A stretch of DNA of 64,000 bases, from NCBI GenBank assembly GCA_008369845.1, contig MRSU01001415.1:1-64000 (forward strand), written 5' to 3'. The notes below the pieces were generated by a model that was not told the DNA's origin, made no database searches, and saw nothing but the letters and a program-made list of their open reading frames with translations. A program made the position numbers and the translations under genes. The stretch comes from Trichomonas gallinae. Taxonomy: Eukaryota. Below are positions 53,351 to 64,000 of this stretch, piece by piece (position 1 is the stretch's first letter; every line of letters starts with the position of its first letter).

Positions 53351-56300
53351 ATGTCTTCGGAAGAATTCTCTCATTCAGACAGCTACAAAGGCTACGTGAA
53401 TAGCATTCTCCAGAGCGTTGAGGACAGATCTGTGCCTGACCCGGTCTGGGGAAGCAAAATTCCGTCGAATTACGAAGAGTTGAGACAACATTGCCTCCAA
53501 TTCGTCGACAAATACTCCACAACACCGACAATTCAGCCAAAGCCAGTCATTACAACACTTGAGCCGTATAAAACAATCCTTCCAACCTTTACATCAGAAT
53601 TTATTAAAAATTATCGCGAACAAATGATTAGCGAGGTTAGGATGCAGAAATTCAGAGAGCTCTGCCAATATTTCCAATCAAATGCTGATATTTCTCTCGA
53701 AGTCGCTCAAGAACATTGTGATACGCAAGCTGACGACTTCTCGCAGGAAATTGAACCATTTGGCATCCTCTCTGAAACAGAGCTCGCCAACATGTGCCTT
53801 TCTACTATTTATGCTCGCTCAGAGCATCATCTTTACATCACATCAGTTGCTGAATTAATTACGTATTTCCCTTATCTGAATATTGCCAGCACCACGTCAA
53901 ACTTTGTCTCTTTGTTCGCTGCAAATCACAAACAGTTTGCTCCAGGCTCGCCTGAAAGTTCCGGATTTACTCCACCACTTTTAATGACGACAAATGAGCA
54001 ACTCGATGCCGAATTACAGCGTCTTGCAGCCAACTTCTCGCTCCAAGTCGATTCTTCGCAGAATGATTTGCTTTATTCGATCAACAAATTATTTATTTCA
54101 ACAGCTGAGAAGTCTGTTACATGGAATGTGCTCTGCATCAACGACCAAATCAGTGATCCCGCAGCATCATCCGTCCAATTCAAGTTATTTGCCGCTCGCG
54201 CGCATATCAACACAAATGTACAGCAAAACATCAGCTACATTCCACCACACAGACAGTTACACTTCGTTGAGTCGATGCTCGACTCTTATTCCGACAAAGT
54301 CGATGAAATTCTCTGCGGTGAAGAATCTTTCTTGCATGTCGCCTCCGCGCAGGTTGTTCACCAACACATCACCGAAATCACACGTGGTGCAACACAGCAC
54401 AACGACACGTCCAACTCGGCAGCCCAGAAACAGAGCGGAATCATCAAAATGAAATTCTTGAGAGCGCAAATGCTCCGCCAGACGATTATTTCCACTGTAA
54501 ACTGGATGATGTCCATCATCAAAGGCATAGAACTCGATCAAAGGGACGCAACGAACCCAGACTGCCTCAACTCAGCATCAATTCTCTTCCAGCGCGATTT
54601 GGTTGTCGAATCCAAGCAATTCCCGCATTGCATCGTCATCAGGAATCCATCGACGTCACACAACGTCATCTACGAAGAGACTTTAAATCACATGGAGAGA
54701 ATTCGCAACGATTTACTAAACTTCGGCTCCTTCTACATCAGGAAGTGGGAGAAAGAGTGCGGATCACAGATAGACCGAAAATCTATTGTCGAAGATTTGT
54801 ATGAGTGCGAGAACAAATATCAAAACGGAAAGAAGAGATTAATTGAGTCATTGATGGATCTCTACAATAACACGTTCGACCAAGAAATGTGCAAGAGAAT
54901 CTGTGAGTTCATTAAATACGTCGTATTCTCACGCCCGCTTATTGCTCTTGACGTCTACGACTATTTCACGATTCCTTTCGACATGAACACGAGAATCCTC
55001 GAGTTGCAGGCTGACATTATTTCTTCTCAGATGATCAAAACAGTTGATGACTTGGAGCTCGTTTTCAATGCAGTCAAGACTGCTGTTTCTATTATAGCCT
55101 TGAAGCAGAACACTTTGAATGTCGACGCCTTCGTCAATCTCGAGTACATCATCTGGACATACGTAAGCGATTACAGCCAGAAAATCACAGACACAGAACC
55201 AGACTTGACATCCCTTATAGAAAATGTTGAAGTTTCAATGAGACTTAAAAACATTTTGAGGCCAGGTTCACCGCAAACTGTTGACCAAGTCCCTTACTAC
55301 GCGAATCTCCAGGGAGTCAGGTTCGAAGTCATCAGATCTGTTTTGATTTACAGGGCTTATCTGGCTCAGTGCGAAGTGATGAAGGAAGACGTGAAGCAAC
55401 ATCTCCAAAGAACACTTTTCGCTGAATTAACGTCAGAAGAAATCGACATAGAAGACGCGATGATTCTCGCTGTTGATGAAGTCAAAGAGAGCCAGGTTGA
55501 ACTGGCTGGAGAAGGCTTGGATATAGTTAACAGACTTCAAGCAGTTGAATCTTCACTTTTGGATGCAATCGTCGCTTATAACTTTACTATAACAGAAGCT
55601 AAAATCAGAGAAGCTATGTTCAATAAAGTCGAGTTACCAGAGAATCCGCCAAATTGCTATTCTAAATACTTCTCTAAAGATGAAGTCAGGAAGCTCATCG
55701 AGTTTTTGGAGGCGAGAGAATATCCACCTTTCCAGTCCATATTCAAACTCAAGGCAAACATTCGCGAATCACTTCAAGTCTTGAATCTCAACGCTGGTTC
55801 TCATTTCGACGAGCTTCTCAACGCGCAGCAAAAGCAGACGAGTGTCTCAGTGCAATTCTTGCAGAACAGGGCAAGACTTCCTGATGTTATGAAGATCTTG
55901 GCATTGTTTGAAACATCGTCAGACAAGATTCCGACAGTTTTCGACGGCTATTCATTAATCGAATCCGTCCAGCCATCAATGAGAAGAGAGAAAGCACGTG
56001 GGGCATTGGAGTTCTACTCTTTCGTCATTCTTTTGACATTCCTATCATATCACGCTTCGACTCTTGAACAAAGTGTCACAAAAATCCACAAACACCAGAG
56101 AAAAGCGAAATATTTCGCCCCACATTTGCAGTCATTACTCGATGAAACAAACGGTTTGCAAAATGACGCACAAAAGACTCAGGCAGCTAAGACATTCGCC
56201 ACTGATTTGTTGATAAGAATCAATGTCGCTTGCATTGAATCAGGAATCGAATTCGGCAGATCATTCCACGAGAAAGCTGAAGGCACAGCTCCGCCTATAT

Positions 56301-58210
56301 TAGACATCAGCGGAAACTGGACTATATCAGCTGAAAAGCCTCAAGAATCCAAGCCGCAGAACATCATGAAGATCATTGAAGAGCAGCTCGATGAGTTGGC
56401 AGGCCTCAACATCAGTTTAGCTAACATGTCATTCATCTTCTTCTGGAATATTGATGGCGAGCAGCGCAAAGTAATCAAGAAATGTTTCGACACACTTTCA
56501 GGCGAAACAAATTTAGTGCAAAGATTCAGGCAGCTCAGACAGAAGATTTTGCTCATCAGACTTTTATCTTCTCCAACATTTTCAAGCGGTGAAATCTGTG
56601 AATTCCCTTCGCCTTTCAACCATTTGTTGTTGATTCTCGATAACATTCTTGATGGAACACCAGAGAGTTTGAGATTCGTTTTGATCCATTTGTTAATACA
56701 AAGATGCATCAAGAGGCCTAAATCATCAGAACCAGTCAAACTTCTTCCTCCACCTGTTGTCACAGAGAAGTCTCCGTTCTTGGCGGACGTTGATTCTCTT
56801 CCACAGGAAACAAAGAGTGAAACACTTCATCCTGCTTTAGCTCAATTCATCGAGCAGCTTCAGTTGCATTCAACGAGCGATTCGAGGAATGAAATCAAGA
56901 TCTCTCAGTTCCACGTCAACCAAGCACTGCTCAAGTTCTCTCAGTCCATCAGTCAATTGTTTGACTCTTCATTAGTTCAGAGCCACAAAGCGTTTTTGGC
57001 TCTGCATACAATGCTTTTCGAGTCCAACCACAAACACGATGAATTGTTCAGAAAGAGAGTCCAAGCCATCAACCAGGAAGCAAGAACGTTCAACAGAAAG
57101 CTCCAGACAGCTCTCGCTGACAGATCTCACACAGTTGGCTACGAGATCAATCTGCTGCAAGAAACTCTCAAGAGCTCAAAATTCGACAAGAAAGAGCGCC
57201 AAGAAGCAATCAGACGCAAGCTGAAAGAAGAATACACACCACAAGTCCGCGAGATGACATTGCAGCTCTTCTCATTGAAGCACAACTTAGAGCAGTACCA
57301 GAAGAACTTGCAGCACGAAATAGAAGGCAACATGTTCGAAATCAAGAAGCAGTCAATTTCGCAGTTGCTCAGGTCGCAAAACCTTCCTGATGAAGTCAAA
57401 GATTCGATGAAACAGGCCTTCGACTTCGATGATGCATTGCACGAATTGATGGAAACAAAGTCTGAGTTGTCCAGCACTGTTTTCAAGCTCAAAGCGATGA
57501 GACTTCTTCAAGACTTGGCCGTTAGATCAGACTTCCAAGTCAAGCTGAAGAAGATCGAAGAGCAGAGAGAAATGGTTAAACAGGAAAACAGCGAGTTCTC
57601 TAAGGAGAGAGATGTCAAAGAAGCAGCTCTTAAACAGCAGTACACAACAGTTATGCAAAGCGTCAGAGCTGCTGAGAAAGAAGTCGAGAAGTTAAGAAGA
57701 GAGCTCGAGTTAGAAAACAAGAACAGATCGAAGCTCAGAGAATGGAGAACGAAGCACGAAAAGAGAGTCGCTGTCCTTGAGAAGAAGCTCCAGCGTTTGA
57801 CAGAGTGGTCCAAATACAAACCAGATAAGCTCATCTTCCAGCTCGACATGATCGAGAAGGAAATCGAGCGCCGCAAGAGAGCTAAAGAACGCGGCCCAGC
57901 ACTTTTGGAGAAGACGAAGCAAACAGTCGACAGAGAGCTCAAGAGATGTCAGGCGCAGCTCAAAGCACAAGAGAACGCGCGCGAGGCTCTCGAAAAGGAG
58001 ACAAACGCATCAGCGATGAAGCAGAATCTCACTTTCTCGAACGAGATTCAGTCCCAGGATTTGGTCGCAGTCATGGAAGAAAACTCGAAGCTCAAAGAAG
58101 AAAACGAGCAGCTCCAGCAGCGTCTCGCTGAGCTTTCATTGCAAATCGCTGCTGTTTCACAAATCAACATCGGCGGCATCAAGATCAAAGCTTCCAGACT
58201 TGATCAGTAA
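53351..58210 (+). CDS. Large helical protein with C-terminal coiled coil, possibly CCDC162-like
   Basis: 1619-aa ORF with strong coding-type codon usage and an E/K/Q/R-rich heptad C-terminus. The block VIYEET...DLLNFGSFYI...IDR..IVEDLYECE...K..LIE...Y....D...RP recalls CCDC162-type proteins (from memory, unverified). Confidence 0.6.
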   Translation: MSSEEFSHSDSYKGYVNSILQSVEDRSVPDPVWGSKIPSNYEELRQHCLQFVDKYSTTPTIQPKPVITTLEPYKTILPTFTSEFIKNYREQMISEVRMQKFRELCQYFQSNADISLEVAQEHCDTQADDFSQEIEPFGILSETELANMCLSTIYARSEHHLYITSVAELITYFPYLNIASTTSNFVSLFAANHKQFAPGSPESSGFTPPLLMTTNEQLDAELQRLAANFSLQVDSSQNDLLYSINKLFISTAEKSVTWNVLCINDQISDPAASSVQFKLFAARAHINTNVQQNISYIPPHRQLHFVESMLDSYSDKVDEILCGEESFLHVASAQVVHQHITEITRGATQHNDTSNSAAQKQSGIIKMKFLRAQMLRQTIISTVNWMMSIIKGIELDQRDATNPDCLNSASILFQRDLVVESKQFPHCIVIRNPSTSHNVIYEETLNHMERIRNDLLNFGSFYIRKWEKECGSQIDRKSIVEDLYECENKYQNGKKRLIESLMDLYNNTFDQEMCKRICEFIKYVVFSRPLIALDVYDYFTIPFDMNTRILELQADIISSQMIKTVDDLELVFNAVKTAVSIIALKQNTLNVDAFVNLEYIIWTYVSDYSQKITDTEPDLTSLIENVEVSMRLKNILRPGSPQTVDQVPYYANLQGVRFEVIRSVLIYRAYLAQCEVMKEDVKQHLQRTLFAELTSEEIDIEDAMILAVDEVKESQVELAGEGLDIVNRLQAVESSLLDAIVAYNFTITEAKIREAMFNKVELPENPPNCYSKYFSKDEVRKLIEFLEAREYPPFQSIFKLKANIRESLQVLNLNAGSHFDELLNAQQKQTSVSVQFLQNRARLPDVMKILALFETSSDKIPTVFDGYSLIESVQPSMRREKARGALEFYSFVILLTFLSYHASTLEQSVTKIHKHQRKAKYFAPHLQSLLDETNGLQNDAQKTQAAKTFATDLLIRINVACIESGIEFGRSFHEKAEGTAPPILDISGNWTISAEKPQESKPQNIMKIIEEQLDELAGLNISLANMSFIFFWNIDGEQRKVIKKCFDTLSGETNLVQRFRQLRQKILLIRLLSSPTFSSGEICEFPSPFNHLLLILDNILDGTPESLRFVLIHLLIQRCIKRPKSSEPVKLLPPPVVTEKSPFLADVDSLPQETKSETLHPALAQFIEQLQLHSTSDSRNEIKISQFHVNQALLKFSQSISQLFDSSLVQSHKAFLALHTMLFESNHKHDELFRKRVQAINQEARTFNRKLQTALADRSHTVGYEINLLQETLKSSKFDKKERQEAIRRKLKEEYTPQVREMTLQLFSLKHNLEQYQKNLQHEIEGNMFEIKKQSISQLLRSQNLPDEVKDSMKQAFDFDDALHELMETKSELSSTVFKLKAMRLLQDLAVRSDFQVKLKKIEEQREMVKQENSEFSKERDVKEAALKQQYTTVMQSVRAAEKEVEKLRRELELENKNRSKLREWRTKHEKRVAVLEKKLQRLTEWSKYKPDKLIFQLDMIEKEIERRKRAKERGPALLEKTKQTVDRELKRCQAQLKAQENAREALEKETNASAMKQNLTFSNEIQSQDLVAVMEENSKLKEENEQLQQRLAELSLQIAAVSQINIGGIKIKASRLDQ

Positions 58211-58603
58211 CTTTTTGTTATTTATATATTTTTTCCTTTTTTATTTAAAAAATATTTATACATTAAAATCATCATCATGTTTATTAATGCATTGTAATCA
58301 ATTTTATATGGGTTGTGAAGGTTTATGATGCAACTATCTATCAAAATAATATTTTCCAAGAATTTTAAAAAACTTCTCAATTTCAAGATGATGCAATTTT
58401 GAAACAATAACTAAAGCTGTTTTAGATATATTATTTTTAAACATCTGGTACTTTACATCATCATGATTCGTTTTTATAACAATTCAAATTATAGAAATAA
58501 GTTCTAGGTTTTTAAAGAATTTTCAATGCTCATCAGAATATTGAATAGTCTGAAAATTGAAAGAAAAAATGTCCTGTCCAGACGGTTGTATTGAATATTC
58601 AGA

Positions 58604-59069
58604 ATGTTTTTTTGGATAAATGTTACATTGTGCTGCTGCGGATCTCTAGATTAAATCGTATGATGATTATAGCCTCGTATTAACTAATGATAGCATATTA
58701 TTCCAGTATCCAGAAGATGATCCGAATTACACAAGATTGAATATTAAATTAAAGCGAGGATTTTATCAGTTTGAAGTTTGAGGTGCACGAGGACAGTCAT
58801 ATAGGGACAGTAACGATAATGTTATGGAAAAAGATGGCCCAGGAGGATATACTCGAGGAATTATTCCGATATATAATGATACCGAATTTTATATTATTCT
58901 TGGCTCAACATATGGATATAACGGTGGTGGATCTTACTGTCCTTATGGAGGCAATTCTGGAAATGGAGGTGGTGCTTCTGATATAAGGACGATAGATGGC
59001 GAATGGAATACGACTGAATCGTTGAAATCAAGAATAATAGTTGCAGGACCCTTTCAATGCAGAATCTGA
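58604..59069 (+). pseudogene. Pseudogene of a glycine-rich-domain (FExWGAxG / GGGASDIR) family protein
   Basis: The frame reads ...KLKRGFYQFEV*GARG...GPGGYTRG...GYNGGG...GNGGGASDIR...SLKSRIIVAG. TGA at 58779-58781 sits at the family Trp and TAG is at 58647-58649. There is a probable frameshift after ATG 58604, and similarity is lost right after IIVAG (59048). Confidence 0.8.
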
Positions 59070-59323
59070 ATGATATCAATCTGTTACTATATTCTTTGCC
59101 AAGTTATAGATACATTTAATGAATTTTCGCGAAAATAAATGTAAAAAACAAATATGACAAAACTCCATTAATTTTTGCTGCACATTTTGGTTAAGGTTAA
59201 TTTTTGATTTGTGATTGAAAATAATTACTATACTACATTATATATGCGAACAAAAGGAACAGAAATATATGTCATATAATAATATAAATATTTAATATAA
59301 TAAAAATACATCAATATTAAAAT

Positions 59324-62300
59324 TTAAACATCGCCAAGTATATTTTTCAGCTCTTCAACGTATTCTGGATTTTTGCCGAAATATTCGAGGAAAATCCTGA
59401 TGAATGGCGCAGATGGTTCATGATGATTCTCAGCCTCTGAAACGCAGTTTATGCATTCAATGATTTGCTCTTTGTTCTTCTCGCGGGCAAGTGCAGGGAA
59501 AATCGCGCACAAAGTAGCAATAGGAACAGCAGACTTCTTCACAAGGTCGAATAAGTTGCACAAATACTGTGAAGAGCGGTCAGATAAAACTGCAGAGATG
59601 CATCGTGAAATCTGGACGCAGACCAAAGAAGCGTCAGCGCTCATTGTTTTCATGACGACATCACTGATGAACTGCGAAGGAACTTCATCATGTTCGAATC
59701 TATCTGATACATCAATGATCATCTGACACAACTTAGTCTGGAAGCTGCTCTGCAGATCTGAGTCGTCGCTCAAAAACGAATCAGACAAAGCAACGAAGCC
59801 TCCGCAAATTGCAGCAGTCACCAAATCCTTCTTGATTTCGAAAGACTCGTCATTGATTTTAGACATGATAGTCACAAGCGTTCCTTTCGATGTTATAACA
59901 ACATGGTCGTTGTCGTTGATGATTGAAATGACAGACTTTGTCAAGTCTTCATTAGAAATGACATAAGTTAAGAAATCGAAGCTGATTTCGTAGCTTGCGT
60001 GTTCTATGAATGAAACCATGGCTTCGAAGAAGTCAGGAAGCATGATGAGAACAGAAATGTTATCTACTCCTTCGCTGACTTTCTTTATAACAGAAACAGT
60101 AGCAGCAAAAATGTGAGATCCACAATCAACATTCTCGAATGAAATAGGCATCACTGCAGTCACGAAGTTTTCGATAAAATCTTCAGAACAAAGCAATTTC
60201 ATTTTGTTTTGATCACACAAACTAAGAGCTCTAACAAGCTCTAATTTGTTTGGTTCACTCTGTCCAATTTTTTCTACGAGATTCAATGCACAAGAAATGA
60301 ATGGATCAGTTTGCTTTCTCATTGCAATTCTCTGCATTGTTCTTGCAAGAGAAGTCAATCTAAATCCGCGGTCTAATTGTTGTACGTCTAAGCCATTAAT
60401 GAAGGTAACCAACTGCTCTGTGAATTTGTCGATGTCAATATCTTCGTACATTATCATTTCATCATCATCGTCGTCGTCGAAATCGTCATCATCGAGTCTC
60501 GGAATGTTGTCTGTCAAAATTTCTTCGGCAGTCAAAAATTGCATCTTTCCTGGGAAGCAGCTCTTCACGAATTTCTCAGCATTGTTCCTTGTTGAGTCAT
60601 CAGTGTCAACTAAAAGATCAAGCAACAACTGGTTTGCCTGAGACAAAACGATTGATCTGTGTGGAGTCAGAGCCAAAACTTTTGCTAAAGATTCGTTTGT
60701 TATTCCACTCTCATGCATCACATCTCTCAGAACAGCAACAGGAATGAAAGGAACAGCTGATGTGAACAAGAAACCAGCGGAAAAGTCATCGCACGATGCA
60801 AGAATCGTCCTCAAAACTCCCATCAAGTCAATCAAGTTCTCTGCTGCTGCCTTGACGAAAACGGCCATCATAGAAGTTCCATTGACGGAGAGGAGCAGAT
60901 TTGGTGCAATGCAGATGAGACTAGAGTAATCATGTTCTGTCAAATCTTTGACGTGCTCCATCAAAATCTTGAGTAACGGAATTACATCAGATTCAACATC
61001 ATGGCTTAATGAGAAAATTGCTGCGATTACGTTATCAATGATGTTTCTGGTCATGGCACAGTATCTGCATAATATTTGAAGTGTCTTCGATTTGATGTTT
61101 AGAACTCCTGGATTCATGTACATTGATGGCTTCAGTGTTGTTGAAATTACTTCTGCAATTTTTGTCAAGTTGTCTTTTTCATTGATTAAATTCGGGCAGC
61201 TTGAAATTAACTCGCAAGTCAAAGCGATGCAGATTTCATTGGCGTGAAGCATGACATTTTGCAGGTGCTCTTTGTCTTTAGCGAATCTTCTGATGATTTT
61301 GTCACTGTACTTCAATAAGCTGTTGAAAACTTTTCCTTTGTTTTCAACTAAATTCGAGTGAACGTAAACATTCATGAAATAATCCAGCAACAAGTCTTCA
61401 TTGTTGAGCCATAGAATGAACTTCAAAAATGCTTCAGTGTATGTTGCCTCGTAGCGGCTGAATGTGTCGTTATCTGCCTCGATTTGCTTCAAGATTTCTT
61501 CGTCGACAATTTTTGTGATTTTTTCGTCATCATCCGAATACTTGTGTGGATAATCTTGCTTAGTATAGATCAGGCAGTAAGCTGATGGTGAATAATAGCT
61601 GGATTCAGACTCATCTTCACCACCGAAACATTCACTTTCGAAGCACTCAACTGGGAATTCGCCGACATTTTTGTCGTTGAACAAAATCCATTTTCCGTCA
61701 ATTAAAATCAATGAATAGTAATGACCAAGCTCAGCAACACCATCATGAATGACAACACCTGTAAGCTTATAATGGTTAGGAATGCTTGGCGTTGAAGTGT
61801 ATCTTGAAATATCAATTTCCATTGGGAACTCGAATCTGTCATTAACTTTGTATCTTTCGTATGTGTCCAAATTATATTCGAATCTCTTCAGCTGAATGAA
61901 AAGATGTTCTGGGCTCTCTGATATCCTGCATGACTTCCTTGCATCGATTTTATGGCCCAATGCTTCCGCGTAATACTGATCACCGCCCGTTAAATACTGG
62001 TAACCGATAAATGACTCAAAGCTGTCCTCGAGGCAGTCGTAGCCTTTAACATCTAAGCAAATAGTGAAGAAGTCTTCGTGGTTCTCAGCTGTGAATGTTT
62101 CATTCATGCCTTCGAACGTGTGCGTGAATTTTCCAGTAAATGATTTTGTGACGTCAGCTGGCAAATTTCCTAAGAATGACTGATAAAATTCAACAGCATC
62201 TTGTTGTTCAGCTGGATTTATCTTGAAAGCCCTGCAGAAGTTTGTTGTTGTCTGGATTGGGTTCGAAGAGAGCTGCATTGAAGCAAACAAGTGCTGAGCA

Positions 62301-64000
62301 TCTTTGAGCCATTCTGGTTTTTCTGCTCTTAATCCAATGATTTTCTGTCTTAATAATGAATCAGAGAATAACTGCTGCAAAATTGAGTTTATGTAGCATG
62401 TCGCTCCTAAGTTCTTGAGTCCGCACATTTGTCTTCCTTCCTCCTCTTCTTTGTAGTTGAATTCCATCGATGTGAAGCAAAATGTAGTTGATGGTTTTGA
62501 CAAACATTCTCCCAAAATCTTTAGCAATGATTGTTTGACTGACGGAATTGTTAAAACTGTCACTGATATTATAGAAATAAGCTGCGCTTGTACTGATTCA
62601 TTTTGCTCTCTTATTATCTTCGGAATAATCATCTGAGAGATTTCTTCGTCGATAATTTCTGGTCTGCTATCAGCAACTTTTGCCAGGAAGTAAACAACGC
62701 CAACATATAATGTTCCCTTTGCTTTCTTTAAGAGTTTCTTTAGTGTATCAATGCAATTGCTTGGGTCACAGTCTTGAGTGAATGACTCTGAGAAAGCAAT
62801 GAAGAAGTTATCAGCGACATTTGTGTGATTTTCAACTTCGTTGACAATTTTTGACAAAAAGTCGAATGCTATTGTTTTGTCATCCAAATCGTGAATGATT
62901 CTTATGAGAGCCTTGTACATGCCATCATTGAAAAAGAAAATCTGCTGCCTTAGGATTGATTTTTCATTGAACATCAATGAAGCGAATTTGTTGTTGTTGA
63001 TTTCTTGAAGATTCTTAAGTGCTTGAAAAGCAGCAATTGTTCCTTCTTTTTCTTGCATGAATACTTTAGATGCAACATTGAAGTATTGCTCGTAGAACTT
63101 TGCTGGATAAGGGCTCTCTAAATTAGAAAGAATGAGCAAAGCAGGTGGAGTAGCTTTCAAATCAATTTTATCATCAATCAATGCTCTAATTAATTCATAG
63201 TCATTACAAAAGATTTCATAATCTTCCTCTTCGTATTCATCGAAATCTATTGACTCATAAATAGACTCCAGCAAATATCTCTGCATCTGCCATGTCTTTG
63301 AATTAATCACAGCATCCAACTGTCCCCTTTTGGTGGCGATATTTAATGCTTTATCAGCTGTTGGAATTTTGTTCAAAACATTTAAGCATGAATTTATCAA
63401 ATTTTCGTCTTCGCTGTTGAGGAAATCGAACATTATGTCAGCGACTCCACTGTTGCAAATTGCAATTGATGGCAAACTTGATGCCTGGAATTTATACTTT
63501 CTGAATCTTTTAGTTGTGATGAGATTGAATTTAACGCTTTTGAAGATTCCGTACTGCGCTAAAGTGAACTGTCTTCCAAGAAGTTTTCCTTCGTGATAGA
63601 GAGAAATATCATCTTTGCAAACACCAAGTTTTGCGCCAATTTTAGCAAGTAATGTTCCAACTGATACTGTTGGAGAGACTTTCATGTCAAATGATTCGGA
63701 TCTCAGCGTAATTGTTGCTTTGATTGCGTCAGGGTCAAATAATGGAGTATGTCTTGTTACTCCTATATCTTCCAATGTAACATCTGTCTCGAATTTAGGC
63801 AAAAGTCTTGAAATAACATTAATGCATCTTCTTCTTGCATTATTTGATCCATTGATTAATGTTTCTTTGAATAAACCAAGAATGAAATTAAATCCTTCAA
63901 CTCCGAAACATGATTTGCTCTGCTCTGAGAATTCTTCAAGAGAATGTTGTGCAAAAGCAGCTGATTCATCTGACTCGCATTCCCTTATTATCCTTATAGT
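59324..64000 (-). CDS. Large ubiquitin-specific protease (C19; USP9/24/34-like architecture), 5'-truncated by the window edge
   Basis: Cys box GLKNLGATCYINSILQQL, QQDAVEF, QLKRFEY...KVNDRFEFP, His box GVVIHDG..ELGHYYS, FND, and an upstream Ubl-like segment. The frame stays open from 63802 to 64000, so the start lies outside the window. Confidence 0.92.
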   Translation of the reverse strand, partial: TIRIIRECESDESAAFAQHSLEEFSEQSKSCFGVEGFNFILGLFKETLINGSNNARRRCINVISRLLPKFETDVTLEDIGVTRHTPLFDPDAIKATITLRSESFDMKVSPTVSVGTLLAKIGAKLGVCKDDISLYHEGKLLGRQFTLAQYGIFKSVKFNLITTKRFRKYKFQASSLPSIAICNSGVADIMFDFLNSEDENLINSCLNVLNKIPTADKALNIATKRGQLDAVINSKTWQMQRYLLESIYESIDFDEYEEEDYEIFCNDYELIRALIDDKIDLKATPPALLILSNLESPYPAKFYEQYFNVASKVFMQEKEGTIAAFQALKNLQEINNNKFASLMFNEKSILRQQIFFFNDGMYKALIRIIHDLDDKTIAFDFLSKIVNEVENHTNVADNFFIAFSESFTQDCDPSNCIDTLKKLLKKAKGTLYVGVVYFLAKVADSRPEIIDEEISQMIIPKIIREQNESVQAQLISIISVTVLTIPSVKQSLLKILGECLSKPSTTFCFTSMEFNYKEEEEGRQMCGLKNLGATCYINSILQQLFSDSLLRQKIIGLRAEKPEWLKDAQHLFASMQLSSNPIQTTTNFCRAFKINPAEQQDAVEFYQSFLGNLPADVTKSFTGKFTHTFEGMNETFTAENHEDFFTICLDVKGYDCLEDSFESFIGYQYLTGGDQYYAEALGHKIDARKSCRISESPEHLFIQLKRFEYNLDTYERYKVNDRFEFPMEIDISRYTSTPSIPNHYKLTGVVIHDGVAELGHYYSLILIDGKWILFNDKNVGEFPVECFESECFGGEDESESSYYSPSAYCLIYTKQDYPHKYSDDDEKITKIVDEEILKQIEADNDTFSRYEATYTEAFLKFILWLNNEDLLLDYFMNVYVHSNLVENKGKVFNSLLKYSDKIIRRFAKDKEHLQNVMLHANEICIALTCELISSCPNLINEKDNLTKIAEVISTTLKPSMYMNPGVLNIKSKTLQILCRYCAMTRNIIDNVIAAIFSLSHDVESDVIPLLKILMEHVKDLTEHDYSSLICIAPNLLLSVNGTSMMAVFVKAAAENLIDLMGVLRTILASCDDFSAGFLFTSAVPFIPVAVLRDVMHESGITNESLAKVLALTPHRSIVLSQANQLLLDLLVDTDDSTRNNAEKFVKSCFPGKMQFLTAEEILTDNIPRLDDDDFDDDDDDEMIMYEDIDIDKFTEQLVTFINGLDVQQLDRGFRLTSLARTMQRIAMRKQTDPFISCALNLVEKIGQSEPNKLELVRALSLCDQNKMKLLCSEDFIENFVTAVMPISFENVDCGSHIFAATVSVIKKVSEGVDNISVLIMLPDFFEAMVSFIEHASYEISFDFLTYVISNEDLTKSVISIINDNDHVVITSKGTLVTIMSKINDESFEIKKDLVTAAICGGFVALSDSFLSDDSDLQSSFQTKLCQMIIDVSDRFEHDEVPSQFISDVVMKTMSADASLVCVQISRCISAVLSDRSSQYLCNLFDLVKKSAVPIATLCAIFPALAREKNKEQIIECINCVSEAENHHEPSAPFIRIFLEYFGKNPEYVEELKNILGDV

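Overview
This is AT-rich, gene-dense eukaryotic DNA from a parabasalid, most likely Trichomonas vaginalis or a close relative. That call is an inference from intronless ORFs, TCA(C/T)(T/A) initiators just upstream of ATGs, AAAGTGAC and AACGGTT promoter motifs, TAAA-type stops, and typical expanded families. The window holds 19 protein-coding genes: alpha-adaptin-like, transmembrane adenylyl cyclase, two BEACH-family genes (one degenerate), a PPR protein, TVP23-like, FANCM/Mph1 helicase, polo-like kinase, tetraspanin-like, FCP1/SCP phosphatase, XRN1, a Pmp-like surface protein, an ankyrin protein, a TBC-like tail-anchored protein, a GNL3-like degenerate GTPase, Cdc14, a type I membrane protein, a CCDC162-like coiled-coil protein, and a large USP cut off at the window edge. 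There is also one clear glycine-rich-domain pseudogene. I recognised no transposon, rRNA, tRNA or spliceosomal intron. The most notable unexplained element is a ~290-nt, ~44% GC, non-coding island at 31211-31500 with many complementary segments, a candidate structured ncRNA. Other points of interest are a PPR protein in a lineage with no organellar genome, several proteins with altered key residues, and intergenic motif arrays. All family assignments come from motif recognition by eye, not database searches.
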